From Tubulanus polymorphus (taxonomy: Eukaryota > Animalia > Nemertea): a stretch of DNA of 64,000 nt. The stretch is from the NCBI RefSeq assembly GCF_964204645.1, contig NC_134030.1, positions 19,180,210-19,244,209 on the forward strand, written 5' to 3'. The translations under genes and the position numbers were made by a program. Of the stretch, positions 27,341 to 40,236 are shown piece by piece. The notes beneath the pieces were generated by a model. The model saw nothing but the letters and a program-made list of their open reading frames with translations, was not told the origin of the DNA and ran no database searches. Numbering within the stretch: position 1 is the first letter of the stretch; every line of letters begins with the position of its first letter.

Positions 27341-29690
27341 CGGGTCATTTGGTTTCAAACATTCCTAAACCACGCGAATAGATGGACGGGGCGATGCCAG
27401 CAGCTGTTACTGGCTCGATCATAATAATATTCGTTCTGCGACGTGAGTCTAAAAATCCCGAATAAATAACACTATCTTATCAATTATCCACTAGTTCACG
27501 CTGACCAACCTTTGAGCAACTGACCCCTGCAATGCGATTCGTGTATGGATGAAACGTGCCCGATCAATTATTGTATAACGAATGAATTTTCACAGCTTCC
27601 CGATATCTGAAATATGGAGCACTTTAATTGTGATTTGTATTATTATGAAATATCTCTGAATTTCAAACGTTTAAATTCGTAGTATTCTCTTTAAGATGTG
27701 TGATTCATATAAAAGACACGACTCTGTCAATGCAAGCGGTACATGTGTTCTATAGAATGCTTCGCCAGATAATCAATAAGAAAATTAACTTAGAAAATTT
27801 ATTGACGTCTTGAAAAACAACGCACATATTGCTTAGTACTGTTGACAAAAATATGATATACACATGTAATATCAAGGACCGATAAAGTAATTTCTGATTT
27901 GAATATATCAACGATTGAATTGAATTCACCGGTAACCAGTCTAACCCGATATATTGTGACGTAGCACACATACTCTCAACAATAATAATCAAAATTCATC
28001 AAAAACGAAAAAGGGTTGTGCAATTTATTTAGTTACAAAATAATTGCCAAAAGTCACAATTGTCATTGTTATTTCAAAACGCCAATATTGATGACGTAGT
28101 GCACATCGACTCACACAGAACCCGCCACATAACACATACTAGGAATCAATGTATATAAACATTATTGTAACGGTTTTTACGGCGTCAAAAATCTAAACCA
28201 CTTACATTCAGGTTTCGTATCATAAAGAAACAATATTTTGATGATATTGAAATGTATTTGTATGGAACATGGACGTAATTTCGCGATGATATATTTCATC
28301 TCGGTAATCTGATAATTACCTCGATAATTCGATTCTGACCTCGAATTCATATAATAAAGTTAGGGAATTTCAAGTAATCATATCTCGGCTTTACAAAAGA
28401 AACAAATATAGTATACGTGTCGCGAATATATCATTCGGCGTATATGGTTGTATTTATGTTGTAGTTTTCATTCATGGTTGTTGTATCATATCAATCAATA
28501 TAATTCATGTGATAATCCCTTTTCAGTACTGTACAGGTTGTTTACTAGATTCTATCCAATAGTTGTACAGATTTGATACAATGTGATCTCAATATCATTT
28601 ATATGAGCGTATGAGCAGAATAAATCAGTGCTGTTATAGATCTTTCAACTATAAGGAAGTCTCGTCGTTCGTAGTCGTTTCTCTCGGACCTAAGGAATTC
28701 TCTGGAGTCCTCGATAGTATGGACAATACGCTTCATTCATATCGAACAACGAACGCGCTTGCCGTGATCGCGTCTCTGCGCAGAACGCGTTTGAGTTACG
28801 ATTTTTTTTTCCGAGAGATGCACCTTAGTCGCGTACACGTGTAAAGGTTCATTTAATGCTGTAGTGTACCGTATGTATTCGGAAGTGTTGAACCCGATAT
28901 CGATCTAAGTTGAAATCAAATTTATTCAGGATATGAATACAGTGGGTGGGTCATTTGTTGGTCATTCCTAAATCATGTTAATATATGGGCCAAGACCTGG
29001 TTTGATGCCAGCAGCTGTTACTCGTTTCGCCATTATAATATTCATTCTGCGATGTTAGTTTAAATATCTCGAATAAATTACATTCAGATTAATTCATTTT
29101 GGTTCGACAATTTTGAATATACAGAATCTAAATTCCTTGCTGAATACACGATAAACACGCATTTCACGTTTAAAATTCGTAGTACTCTCCGTGTTGTGCG
29201 AATCGTATAAAAGACACGACTCTGTCGGTTCAAGCGGGACATGTGTTCGAAAGAACGCTGCGCCAGATAATCAACAAATAAAACTAACTTAAAAAGTTCA
29301 TTGACACCTTGAAAACAAAATACGTATTGGTTAAAATACTGTCGATATTTAAAAAAACTTAAGATGGTATTGATTATATACACATGTAATGTCGAGGACC
29401 AATATAGTTATTTTAGATTTGAAAATATCAATAATTGAATTGAATTGACCGGCAACCAGTCTAACCCCGATATTTTTCTGACGTATGACGTATCACTCAT
29501 CCTCTGAAAATAATTATCAAAATTCATCGAAAGAAAAAATAAGAATCTTGAATTATATATAGTTACAAAATAATCGCCAAAAGTCACAATTGTCATTGTT
29601 ATTTTAAAACGCCAATATTGATGACGTAGTGCACATCGACTCACACAGAACCCGTCGCATAACACATATCAATGTATGTAAACATTATGA
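27340..29690. repeat. Local tandem duplication block B (~27340-28170 and ~28940-29690)
   Basis: Shared runs such as GATGCCAGCAGCTGTTACT, TAAAAGACACGACTCTGTC and GCCAATATTGATGACGTAGTGCACATCGACTCACACAGAACCCG. Confidence 0.85.
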
Positions 29691-30491
29691 ACATTGAACT
29701 TGATATTTCAGACTCCTCAATCCATATTTTTTCACAACCCCCTCCCCTCCTCCTCCAAAAGACAATACTTTCATACTTCTACTCGAAAAAACCATTCAGA
29801 CTTAATTGAAATGAAAAAGAAATCGAAGCGGACAACTGACTTTCTACTAGCGACACCTGGTGGATCCTCGGCTGCCATACGTGGAATCTTTGATTGCAAC
29901 AGCAGCGTTGTGGGTATCCCACTGGATATATTCGGGACTGTGAAAATGAATAGTAACTTATGTCTAATTATCTATCTAGGAAATTTATTTAAAATTCTAC
30001 TTTTATCTCTAGCTATAATGTTAAGCTTTTGTTTTTTTCTATTGTTCCCTGTTTTGATGGTTAAAAGAAGTTTTAGATATGTCTGAATATATTTGATCAT
30101 CCACACCCAAAAGCGCCAATTATCTCTACCGCAAAGGGAAGGGACAAAGCCTGCGTATCAATATATGGTTTCTTATTGTTATTAGGCGAACAGTTTGCGA
30201 CTAGCTTGTCGTTGTTCGTTGGTAGCAGAAGATACTTCGTAGGTTGATATAGAAATAGCTAGCAGGTTGGGCGTGGTTGGCTTTAGAAAAGAATTTTATC
30301 TCAAAGATAAACAATATATTTGAAGTCTTCTCAATTTCGCCTCATTTGACTCGTTGCATTCGTTCCCTACGCATTGATTCGTTAGATGGCCTGTTTTAGT
30401 TTTCACTTACAGTTGATTCAAAGTTTTTAGAATATCACTGGATATCTAAGGAGTTTCGATATCCTGAAGTGCGATAAATCGAACAAGGTAA

Positions 30492-31053
30492 GGGAGCTTT
30501 CAAATACTATACGTACTGTTTTTGGGCGGAAGGGGTAAAGAAAAATTGACTAATTTTTGTACGGGTACTAAATAGTGAAGGCTTTTATATGATGTAAGAT
30601 TTGATAGGGTGGGCCACCAAAATCGTGTCCTTTGGCCCCCCGAAATTCATCCAAACTTACTTGGATTTGAACTGCGCACTCAGATCTGTCGTGTTCATGC
30701 TCAAAATACTAGAGAAATTGAAATAGGATGTTGAACGTTCGGTATTTCAAGGACTTAGGTATCTAGTTTATCATGAGCTATTAGGTTCGAATCCCACTAT
30801 AACCGTTTTCGTGCAGCATACGAAAAAAGTGCCGGGGCAGATTTGGGCGGCTTGAGGAGTAATAGGCATGGCGGATACGGAAGGCTTGAGTGCTAATTGT
30901 TTAAGGATTACATCATGGCCACCTCATTGGTTGGGGAGTTCTAAATGTACGTGCCGATTGGGAGAGAGTCGATAAAATAAGAAGCAACGATCGTACAAGG
31001 GGCGGGGGTCTAAAAATGGCAAAATTGACCGTACGTACTATTCGAACGCTCCT
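30492..31053. mobile_element. 562-bp non-autonomous DNA transposon (MITE) with TAA target-site duplication, PIF/Harbinger-like
   Basis: TIRs GGGAGCTTTCAAATACTATACGTAC / GTACGTACTATTCGAACGCTCCT, flanked by TAA on both sides; a paralogous empty site ACAAGG-TAA-TTTC lies at 32913-32925. Confidence 0.8.
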
Positions 31054-31409
31054 TAATTTCAATGTTTGGTTGTCCTTTGATTGTTCAGAAGTATCCCTTG
31101 ACTTTTAATACAAGTCCGACACACGCAATCAATATGTATAATCACTTGTGAAGTCGACTACATCGCTCTTATCGCGTACCTGGTACCGGATAAACACGTT
31201 TGTCGTATGCGTACGACACTTCGTTTGAATCTTCGGCTAGGACACGCGATTTCACTATATTTCCCCAGGCCCAATCAAAGAAATCTAATGATTTTTATGG
31301 TTACATTACATATACCACAATCATATCATCTGGGTATTCGACGTGGAATCGAAATCGAAATACAAATGGACTTAATTGAGACATTTTTTCATTTTTATTC
31401 TAGGAAAAT

Positions 31410-32385
31410 ATGGTTTATACTAATATCTCTGAGAGTGAAATGTGTTGGACAAAGATTTATGGGTGGACGAAGCCGTTCACTTTCAACCTGAACAGAGTTT
31501 CTGCATACGTGTTTCCTCTATTAAGTCTGATTGGTTTGATAATTATCGTTTTGGGAACATATGAAAAATCGTCATATAGTTCTGGTCATTTCTATATGTT
31601 AGCTTTAGGAATGGCGGATTTATACGCGATATTCAGTGTCGAGGTGCCCTATTTGATGGATGCAGCTCACGTGAAGTTCAGCAGATCCATGTGTATAGTG
31701 AAAGCTTTCCACGCTTATTGTCCTAAACAAGTATCCATCTGGATTCTGGTCATGACGACGATAGATCGCGCAGTAGCAGTTTCCAAACCTCTAAAAACTG
31801 TAATATTGTGTACTGTCACAAGGGCTAAGAAAGCTATAGGCATTATAAGTGTGTGTTATTATAAACATTGTTGGAGCAACTTTTCACAGAGATATAGATC
31901 TAAGTGGTAAATGGACAACTTGTATGATTGTAAACCTTACTGGCTCCGCAATCTATTCAAATCTTAATAACATCCTGGCATTATTTCTTCCATTTGCCAT
32001 AGTCGTGGTTGCAAATGATTTCATAATAGTTGGTGTGAGAAAGTCTGCTAGCATGGACAAAACTAAGCAAGACGCTAGAAAACAGGCTACGGCTAAGAAA
32101 ATCACAATTTTAGTAGTTTCAACTTCGGTAGCATTTTTAGGTTTGTCATTTCTTGCGGCTCTTACTGGAATCTTAGAATATGAACATGGCACAGAAACAT
32201 ACTTGTATTACATGAATCATTGTGATGAACATTTGGCTTTTGGGACATTTGTAATAATTGGTAATGCAGTCGGTCTTGTTTTCTATCAGGCAAACCATGC
32301 TATCAATGCGTATATATTTTTGTGTAGTCAAAACTTTCGAAATGATGTCAAAGAAGGAGCTAAGATATTCATCAATAGGCTTTAA
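31410..32385 (+). pseudogene. Rhodopsin-class GPCR, full length with one frameshift
   Basis: ORFs 31410..31910 and 31849..32385 together match intact paralog 62769..63755; a 5-nt deletion near 31853 (GTG T[TTCTG]GTT) splits TM4. Confidence 0.88.
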
Positions 32386-33339
32386 ACTTGTAGTAAAAAG
32401 GCCCGGAGTGCCATTCGTAATTCACTATGATAAAATCCAGTTCAAGATGACTGTTTGCATTTAAAATGATGATGATTTTAACTAACGCCATTGAATGAAC
32501 CATGTAAGATTTGCAAAATTTGAAACGAGTTTAGTAATACGTATTTTTTTGCAATTTTATTCTAAAGCATTATTTAGATCAATAAATACTATGAGAAATT
32601 ACTTAACTGGGAAATAAGTTAACTAAATTTGTGGTGTTGATTTAAGAATCTGATCGCAAGAAGGATTTTTTTCCTGTTATTGAAGAAATATCTTTAATAC
32701 GAATCGCACGAATGATTTATGAGGAAAACATCTTAAGCATCTTCTCTAAAAGACGTGTTGTTCGTCACGCAGTAAATGAAGAGATTTTCGGACGAAAACA
32801 CTAAGGAAGAGTCCAACATTACGCCTGACCATCAGTTTACCACCGGAGATTCCGAGACAAAATCCAAACGACATTTGAGGAGCTTTGATTATCCAGAAGT
32901 ACTTATAATTCGACAAGGTAATTTCTATGTTTGGTTGTCCTTTGATGGAAAATTGGAAAATAATACGGCCAGTAACAAACTGCCAAATAAATGCGTTGAA
33001 TATAGACAGAAAATTATTTGATTCTATTCCAACATTGTTTGAAATACAACGGACTCGCGACAACGAGAAATCTATCAAATTTGATCATAACTACAGCACA
33101 ATTTCTGCCAGTTTGAAAAGATAAGTCAGTCATTTCGGAATTCACGATGGCTACTCCCTTTTGACAAGAAATATCGGTTTTACAATATTGCATGTTCGGT
33201 TATTCTTTTGAAACGTGGACTTGTGCTTGGCTTACTTCAGGATTAGAGATGGCCCGCAAGTACTAACCATGGAATACACCAACCACACAACACGTAAGTG
33301 ACGTTAAGTTCACCATCATTAAGACTTTGTAAAATGACT

Positions 33340-34240
33340 ATCGTGGGTGGTTAAAGCCGTTCACGATCAACCTAGTAAACAAAGTTTCTGCATACGTGTT
33401 TCCTTTTTTAAGTCTTATTGGTTTGGTAATCATCGTTTTGGGAACTTATAAGAAATCAGCGCATAGTTCTGGTGATTTTAATATGTTAGCTTTAGGAATG
33501 GCGGATTTATTTGCGATACTCAGTGTCGAGGTGCCCTATCTGATGTAGCCCATGTGAAGTTCAGCAGAGCCATGTGTATCGCGAAAGCTTTCCACGCTAA
33601 CTGTCCTCAACAAGAATCCATCTCGATTCTGGCCATGATGACGATAGATCGCGCAGTAGCAGTTTCCAAACTTCTAAAAGCTGCCGCATTGTGTACTGTC
33701 ACAAGGGCTAAAAGAGCTATAGGCATAATAAGTGTTCATCGTAAATGTAGTTGGGACAGCTTTTCACAGAGACGTAGATCTAAGTGGTAAATGGACAAAT
33801 TGTATGATTGTAAACCTTACTGGCTCAACGATCTTTTCAAATCTTAATAGCATCCTAGCATTATTATTTTTTCCATTTGCCAAAGTGGCTGTCGCAAATG
33901 GTTTCATAATAGTTTTTGTAAGAAAGTCCGTAAGAATAGAAACAACTAAACAATCACAATTCTAGTAGTTTCAACCTCGGTAGCATTTCTAGGTTTGTCA
34001 TTTATTGCGGTTCTTACTGGAATTCTAGAAGTGCATGGCACAGAAACATTCTTGTATTACATGAATCATTGTGATTAACATTTGGCTTTTGGAAAATTGC
34101 AATAATTTGCAACGCATTCGGTCTTGTTTTCTATCAGGCAAACCATGCTGTCAATGCGTATATATTTTTGTGCAGTCAGAATTTCTGGAATGACGTTGAA
34201 GAAGGAGCTAAGATTATTATCAATGATAAACCTTGGCATA
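33340..34240 (+). pseudogene. Rhodopsin-class GPCR pseudogene with multiple disablements
   Basis: Colinear with 31410 and 62769, but with deletions near 33545, 33735 and 33950 and a GAA>TAA stop at 34076-34078; the 5' end is altered. Confidence 0.88.
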
Positions 34241-34994
34241 AAAGGCCCAGTCGTAATTCACCGTGATGAAATTCAAATGAAGATGACTCTTTCCAAAAAA
34301 ATGAAAATTGAATCCCTTCAAAACAATGAGTCTTGTTAGATTTTGCAATGATATCAAATGATTTAAATAATACGTATTTTGTTGTTGTTTTATTCAAATT
34401 GATTATCACTAGTACCACTGATCATCCACACCCCACGCAAGTGATCTCTGCCGCAACGGAACACGACTTAAACCTGCATATCGTTATAGGGTTTCGTTTT
34501 GTTTTACTTCAATGGTTTTGTGTGTATCTTCGTTCCTTTGTTTTTATTTTTTTTTCTTACAGAAAGGATACTTTCGTAAGTCGATGCTGAAATAGCTAGA
34601 AGCTTGGGTGCGGTTAGAATTTTAACAACCGTCTCAAAGATGTACAAATAATATTTGAAGACATCCCAATTGTGCGGATGCAGCTAATTTCGATGTTTCG
34701 TTGTTCTTTGATATATTAAGAAGTACCTTTTTACTTTATTTTACAAGACAACCTACTATATTGTTCAAATTTAATACCAGTTAGCACTTTACTCTTATGT
34801 GAACAGGTCCTAGGCTAGAGCACGTACTTTCACAATATTTCATCAATCACAACAATTTCTTTTTGTAATTATTCATTTCAAGTTTACATTACATACCACA
34901 ATAATATCAGCTACGCCCTTGGCGTGTAAATGAAAATCAAAATGCATATATATCGGGTGAATTCAGATATTTTTTATCTTTATTCTAGGAAAAT

Positions 34995-35098
34995 ATGGTT
35001 TATACTAACAGATGTGCTGGACAAAGATTTATGGGTGGATGAATCCTTTCCTTTTCAACCTAAACACAGTTTTTCCTTTGTTAAATTTAATTGGTTTG
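34995..35098 (+). pseudogene. GPCR 5' fragment with duplicated upstream region
   Basis: TATTCTAGGAAAATATGGTTTATACTAA...TGGACAAAGATTTATGGGTGGA matches 31396-31467; homology stops in TM1. Confidence 0.8.
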
Positions 35099-37896
35099 CG
35101 AATTGGTTATTCTTCTATTACGGTGGTAAACATGTCATGTTTTTGCCGTTTTCATCCGGGCGATCACAAATATAGGGAAGGTGTGCTGATGAAAATGCCT
35201 AATGTATGGTGTTTGTAGTTCATTTTCGATTAAATACGTATCGGGTGAACATGTGATCAGTTTTTGAAAATTTGCCGATTGGATCCCTTATTGTCTTGTG
35301 TATTAGTTCATTTACGTGCTGGCGTGTTCTTTGGGGGCTTACAAAACGAGGTTGCAAATGGCCTATATAGCCATCGAGGAAAAAGTATGAACGGCTTCTA
35401 AGAACCATCTGAGCCGGTGCAGTTGCCAGGATTCGTAACCGACATAAGCAGGGAGGATCTCGTATCCCGATAGTCGGCCTCAGTTGCTGGATTCGGAGTG
35501 CAGTCGTCATAAGCTGGGCTACGGTCGCGGTTGCTCTCAGTTGCGTCGGTAGGAGTCGGTATGCGTCGCGTCGCTTGTCGATATAAGCCAGCCTCAAGGT
35601 AGGACTTAAGACAAAACGTTCGGGGGCTGCGTAAAATGCTTGAAGTAGATACGGCAGGAGCGCTTTAAAGAAATATTCAAACTTCTGTTACGAATATATT
35701 CGACAACTCGCACACTGATATTCATTAATAATTTCCGCATTAAGCTTCTATGTATTCGAAACTTTAAGTTGAAATCAAATTTATTCATTTGATTAGTCTG
35801 CGCATTGGATGCGAATGAAAATCTATAGATAACGTGTGGATGGCTCATTATTGGTATAAATTCCTAAATGATGTAAATAAATGGACGGAGATATGAAAAC
35901 ATTAATACATGAAGTGGACGTATTGGTGACGCAGGGAGTTGGTGCTAATTGTTCAGCGGTGCAACGGGGTCTTGCGCGGGTAAAGTCGATCTCGTCCTTA
36001 GTACTCTGATTCCACTGGATGACAGTTCTAGGAAAGAATGAAAGTTTGAATTCGTCGGCATTCGTACTGAATGCTCTGAATTTCGTACCGTTTGTAGACT
36101 TTGTACGCGTGTTTCCTGGTTTGCGGTTCTCCTCTACTGGTACGTTTGATGAGTCGTGTGATTATTACATCTAATTATTGATCTCATGAGTTCTATGATA
36201 CAATGGTGTGTTGAGATCGTTTCATTTGACGGATTTTCATAAAAATGTCCTGGAAAAATGCTCAGTTCAAGTGGAGACAGGCTTTTTAACTACTTCTCTG
36301 AAATTCCGCCAAAACACCACGTTGAAAAATAGTGTGTTTTCATCATTCATATATAATTTTGAAAAAAAGCTCAAATCAATCCGTATCTTGATATTTCCGT
36401 TTAAGTCAAGTTGCTGCAAAAAGTCATGGAAATGATTTAAAAGCCTGTTCGTCAAGCATTCTAAGTATGAAATCTGTCGAAGCCCAGCTCTTTGAGATCC
36501 ATTATAATTTGTGAAGCTGCCGCATCAAGCCCCACGGGGCTCTTGTTTGAACCCAGGAAGAAAGCCACTAAATATTTGGATGGATATATGAAAGCTGTGG
36601 GTACTGGAGTGTGTAATGGGTAATGTAGTGTGATCTGTGTGCATTTGTGGCCAGCACACAGATCACATTGTTCAATGGGGTTTGGTCCAGGACTCGCGAG
36701 ATTTTCAACAACACGGAAGTAACGTGTAATAAATGATGACTTGAATTGCATGACTACCTACCACCCCTCATTATTGTTGGAAAACTAAACGTTCGGCACT
36801 GACTAAAAGTTAGTAATAACATTTTAGAAATGGCCAGAATTTTAACTTAGGTTCTATCTTATTTTTATTTTACAATTGCGATTGGTATAATTTTTTTTTT
36901 AAACGGCCGTTAAGGCTTCATGTTTCGTCTGCAATTCACTGCAAATAGTTACGCAACTACGCACATTTCAGTGTTTTTGGCAGCTGTACACTCAATCGGC
37001 ACCGTTCGTGACTAGCTTCACTGCGGAATTATCATTAATTAACATCGCCATATCACATCATCAACTTATATTGTGCCTTATAACCCTAACAGCCGAAATT
37101 ATTGAAATGCACACACGATTTCTATCATTGAAAATTGAGAGAGTGGCCATGTTTGTGTTTGCTGCTTCGCGTAAATCCCGCGCGGTGGCGCGACCGCGCG
37201 GAGTTGGGCCGATACGTCTAAGTTTCATTATTCGTCGATTTTAGAAAAGTGACAGGAAATCAATATAATAAATATACTGAAAAGAAAATGTTTTCATGCA
37301 GGGAATTGTTAAATCGCTGTGTCTGGATAAATCATTTTTGGTATTACCGAGGCCTACTATTCGTCTTTTTTTTATTAGAGGCAAATGACCGAGACACCAT
37401 TGGCATAATAACAGGATGACCAGTATCCTGCATCGCTTGTTCCGGCTTGTTCCAAACTCATCGGTGGATAATGATTGATCGTGTTCACTCGTCCTGAATT
37501 GAAGTGCGCTAGGTGTGGTTTGAGCATTTGAACTAACTGGGTGTCTGCATATGTCTTGATTCGAACCCGGGTCACCTTCCTTGTCTTCTCTTCGACATCC
37601 GAGTTACTCAGCGGTATCATATACCGACTTGGATCAAGCCCGTAGCAACTCTGACCGTTTAGCCCCCATTTGTCATCGGAGCAAGTCTGAAAATGGGTGG
37701 ATTCGAACCCGGGGCGCCCATCTAAATGCGTGTTTGCAATGACGAACACACCGCCGCGTTTTTGACAGATAAAAGCCAAGAGAAAAAACAAAGCATATAT
37801 GTGTTTTGTATTTAATCATACAGGTTGACTGTTTCTATTCAACTCATTGAATGTCACAAATATAACGTGTTTATCAGCGCGTGCGGCACTTAAACG

Positions 37897-38441
37897 TTAA
37901 TGGCAACATGCTCCACCCCAATGCCAACAACAATTGGACTTAGAAGAGTTACCTTTCCAGTAATATACACCCTTTGTTTTACCGCACCAACACGGGGTTC
38001 CTCTCTTCACCTTTCGCACACCTGTAAATAAGCTCGGATTTATTAGAATCAGCCGGACCCGAAACAAGCAGGGTTTCGGCCTTATATACTTCATTTATGA
38101 ACATAACAGCGCGTCATCGTGCCCGACATAAGTGCAAGCAGCAATCCGGAAGTAAAACGTAACGGTCGACTGATGTAAGACGGAGGAAATAGGTCGTGGC
38201 CGGGGCCGTGTTTCAGACCCGTTTGCGAACAACACGTGAATTGAATGAGTAAGGTCTCAACTATTAACCTGTGCCAATTCATGAACCTAGCATGAACGTA
38301 AGTTTATGTTCGCTTAGTTAGAAAAAAAGCATAATATTTAATTGCAATTAAATCGAGTTATCAAAGCCTACCTTCAGTTGCCGCGACGGCTCCAATGACC
38401 ATAAACAAGGCCAACGCGATGAAAAGAGTTTTAGTAAACAT
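37897..38441 (-). CDS. Secreted cysteine-rich peptide precursor A (APETx/BDS-like, beta-defensin-fold candidate), 64 aa
   Basis: Exon 38441-38372 ([23 protein letters not shown], phase 1, GTAGGC donor) plus exon 38021-37897 (after TTTACAG: [41 protein letters not shown]). Phases join cleanly; signal peptide, dibasic cleavage site and six Cys; 5'UTR intron donor at 38551. Confidence 0.85.
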
Positions 38442-38750
38442 TCTGAAATGAATGATTCAATCAGATTTACTGAGTACAATCTTTTCGAAGTTACATCTAT
38501 ATGTAACTATGCGATGAAATATTTGAGCTTGTCGTCTATAGCTTCACTTACCTCGTTACCAGTGAGGATACACTCGAACAGATTCCTTCGTTTGACGTGT
38601 GTTGATACGATATTACACAAAATCGTTCTCCTTTTATGGTCGTTTTGGAAACACATGTTTGCGGCTTTTAGAAATAAATATCTATCAAATTTTGATCCTG
38701 GTTCAGTAACCGGCTTTTTCAATATCATCTGAATTAAATCTTTGATGTAT

Positions 38751-39287
38751 TATTATTACTTACACGTTCCATGCCGAATATAGACTTGAAAAATGGCATT
38801 GTTCGATGTTAGCAAAGGCAAATGTATAGTGGCGTCACGAAGTTGGCCTTTTCTTTCGCTTATAGTTCTATGCCAAACAGACGAAAAACAATATTTTGCA
38901 GATATCAATACCTCAAAATAGATATTCAAGGCCTTTTCGTAACAATTTTTGCCAAGGTTTGGCAAGTAACACATCCTAACAGTAGTCATTAGTCTATATT
39001 CGTGCATGGAACGATTATTATTATTACTTACACGTTCCATGCCGAATATAGACTAATGACTACTGTTAGGATGTGTCACTTGCCAAACCTTGGCCCTGAT
39101 CAGAATGGTTCATTTGGATTTCTGAATTGTTACAAAAAGGCCTTGAATATCTATTTCGAGGTATTGATATCTGCAAAATATTGTTTTTCGTCTGTTTGGC
39201 ATAGAACTATAAGCGAAAGGAAAGGCCAACTTCGTGACGCCACTATACATTTGCCTTTGCTAACATCGAACAATGCCATTTTTCAAG
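38751..39287. repeat. Long near-perfect inverted duplication (arms 38785-39013 and 39033-39287) with a 36-bp direct repeat at its junctions
   Basis: Mirror ORFs 38756..39040(-) and 39002..39328(+) encode the same text; the direct repeat TATTATTACTTACACGTTCCATGCCGAATATAGACT occurs at 38751 and 39019. Confidence 0.92.
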
Positions 39288-39744
39288 ATTTGGTATTAAG
39301 ACTAACACAAATCAATGAAAAACGCTAAATTAAGAATAGAGACCGGCAACAAGTCTACAACATCTATTGTTTATCGCCACCAGTGAGGGCGCTGACGAAA
39401 ACACACGATTACGAACGGCGCCTAGTTGATTTTTGAGGAGTCGGCCTTCCTGTTCGCTTATGCTGACAGTATGTGATTTTAAGTTTAAAATAGGGTGGAA
39501 GGTACATACATAGAATCTACGCAGACAGAAAGACGTTTTAGATAACTAGTTCAACATTTCGTTTAGAAGCTGTTAGTTGTCGAATCTGATAGAATATGAA
39601 TTCTAGTGGATAATCTGTAATGATAATATTAATCAACAGAATAACAAAAAGGGTTCTCCACGAAAGTCAAAAAACCCTCAAAACTTAGAAGAATTACGAG
39701 TGAATTTCAGCTTTGCTGAATTATTTAGATGACGCTTTCACATT

Positions 39745-39868
39745 ATTTGAATGATATGTATGTATGTAAATATGTAGACAACGATTTATTCAATACCTAG
39801 GTTAAAGTTTATATGGAGCAGTCAATTTATCACGCGAGCTTTGCGGGTGTTTCACAATTAAATCATGG
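39745..39868 (-). mobile_element. 3' part of the SINE-like element found complete at 42750-43133
   Basis: GATTTATTCAATACCTAGGTTAAAGTT...GCAGTCAAT..TCACGCGAGC matches 42762-42830; (ACAT)n-like tail on the minus strand. Confidence 0.6.
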
Positions 39869-40236
39869 TAGCAGTTTCCAAACCTGTAAAAGCAGTAATA
39901 TTGTGTACTGTCACAAGGGCTAAGAAAGCTTTAGGCATTATAAGTGTGTTTCTGGTCATTAAAAACATTGTTGGGTCAACTTTTCACAGAGATATAGATC
40001 TCAGTGGTAAATGGACAACTTGCATGATTGTAAACCTTACTGGCTCCACAATCTATTTAAATCTTAATAACATCCTGGCATTATTTCTTCCATTTGTTAT
40101 AGTCGTTGTGAATGGTTTCATAATAGTTGGTGTGAGAAAGTCTGCTAGCATGGACACAACTAAGCAAGACGCTAGAAAACAGGCTACGGCTAAGAAAATC
40201 ACAATTTCAGTAGTTTCAACCTCGGTAGAATTTTTG
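39869..40236 (+). pseudogene. GPCR internal fragment (end of TM3 to start of TM6)
   Basis: Nearly identical to 31774-32140, then jumps directly into the 3' flank seen at 32405 onward; both ends are lost. Confidence 0.88.

Noticed and set aside
23483-29885. Shared 16-mer CACCTGGTGGATCCTC at ~23484 and ~29854
   Set aside because: Similarity extends only weakly and no structure or common reading frame is supportable; probably an old repeat fragment.
37375-37791. 138-aa ORF just downstream of peptide gene A
   Set aside because: The paralogous sequence after gene B has an in-frame TAA (GTC ATC TAA), there is no ATG start or recognisable domain, and it contains repeated GGTTCGAATC B-box-like motifs suggestive of SINE debris.
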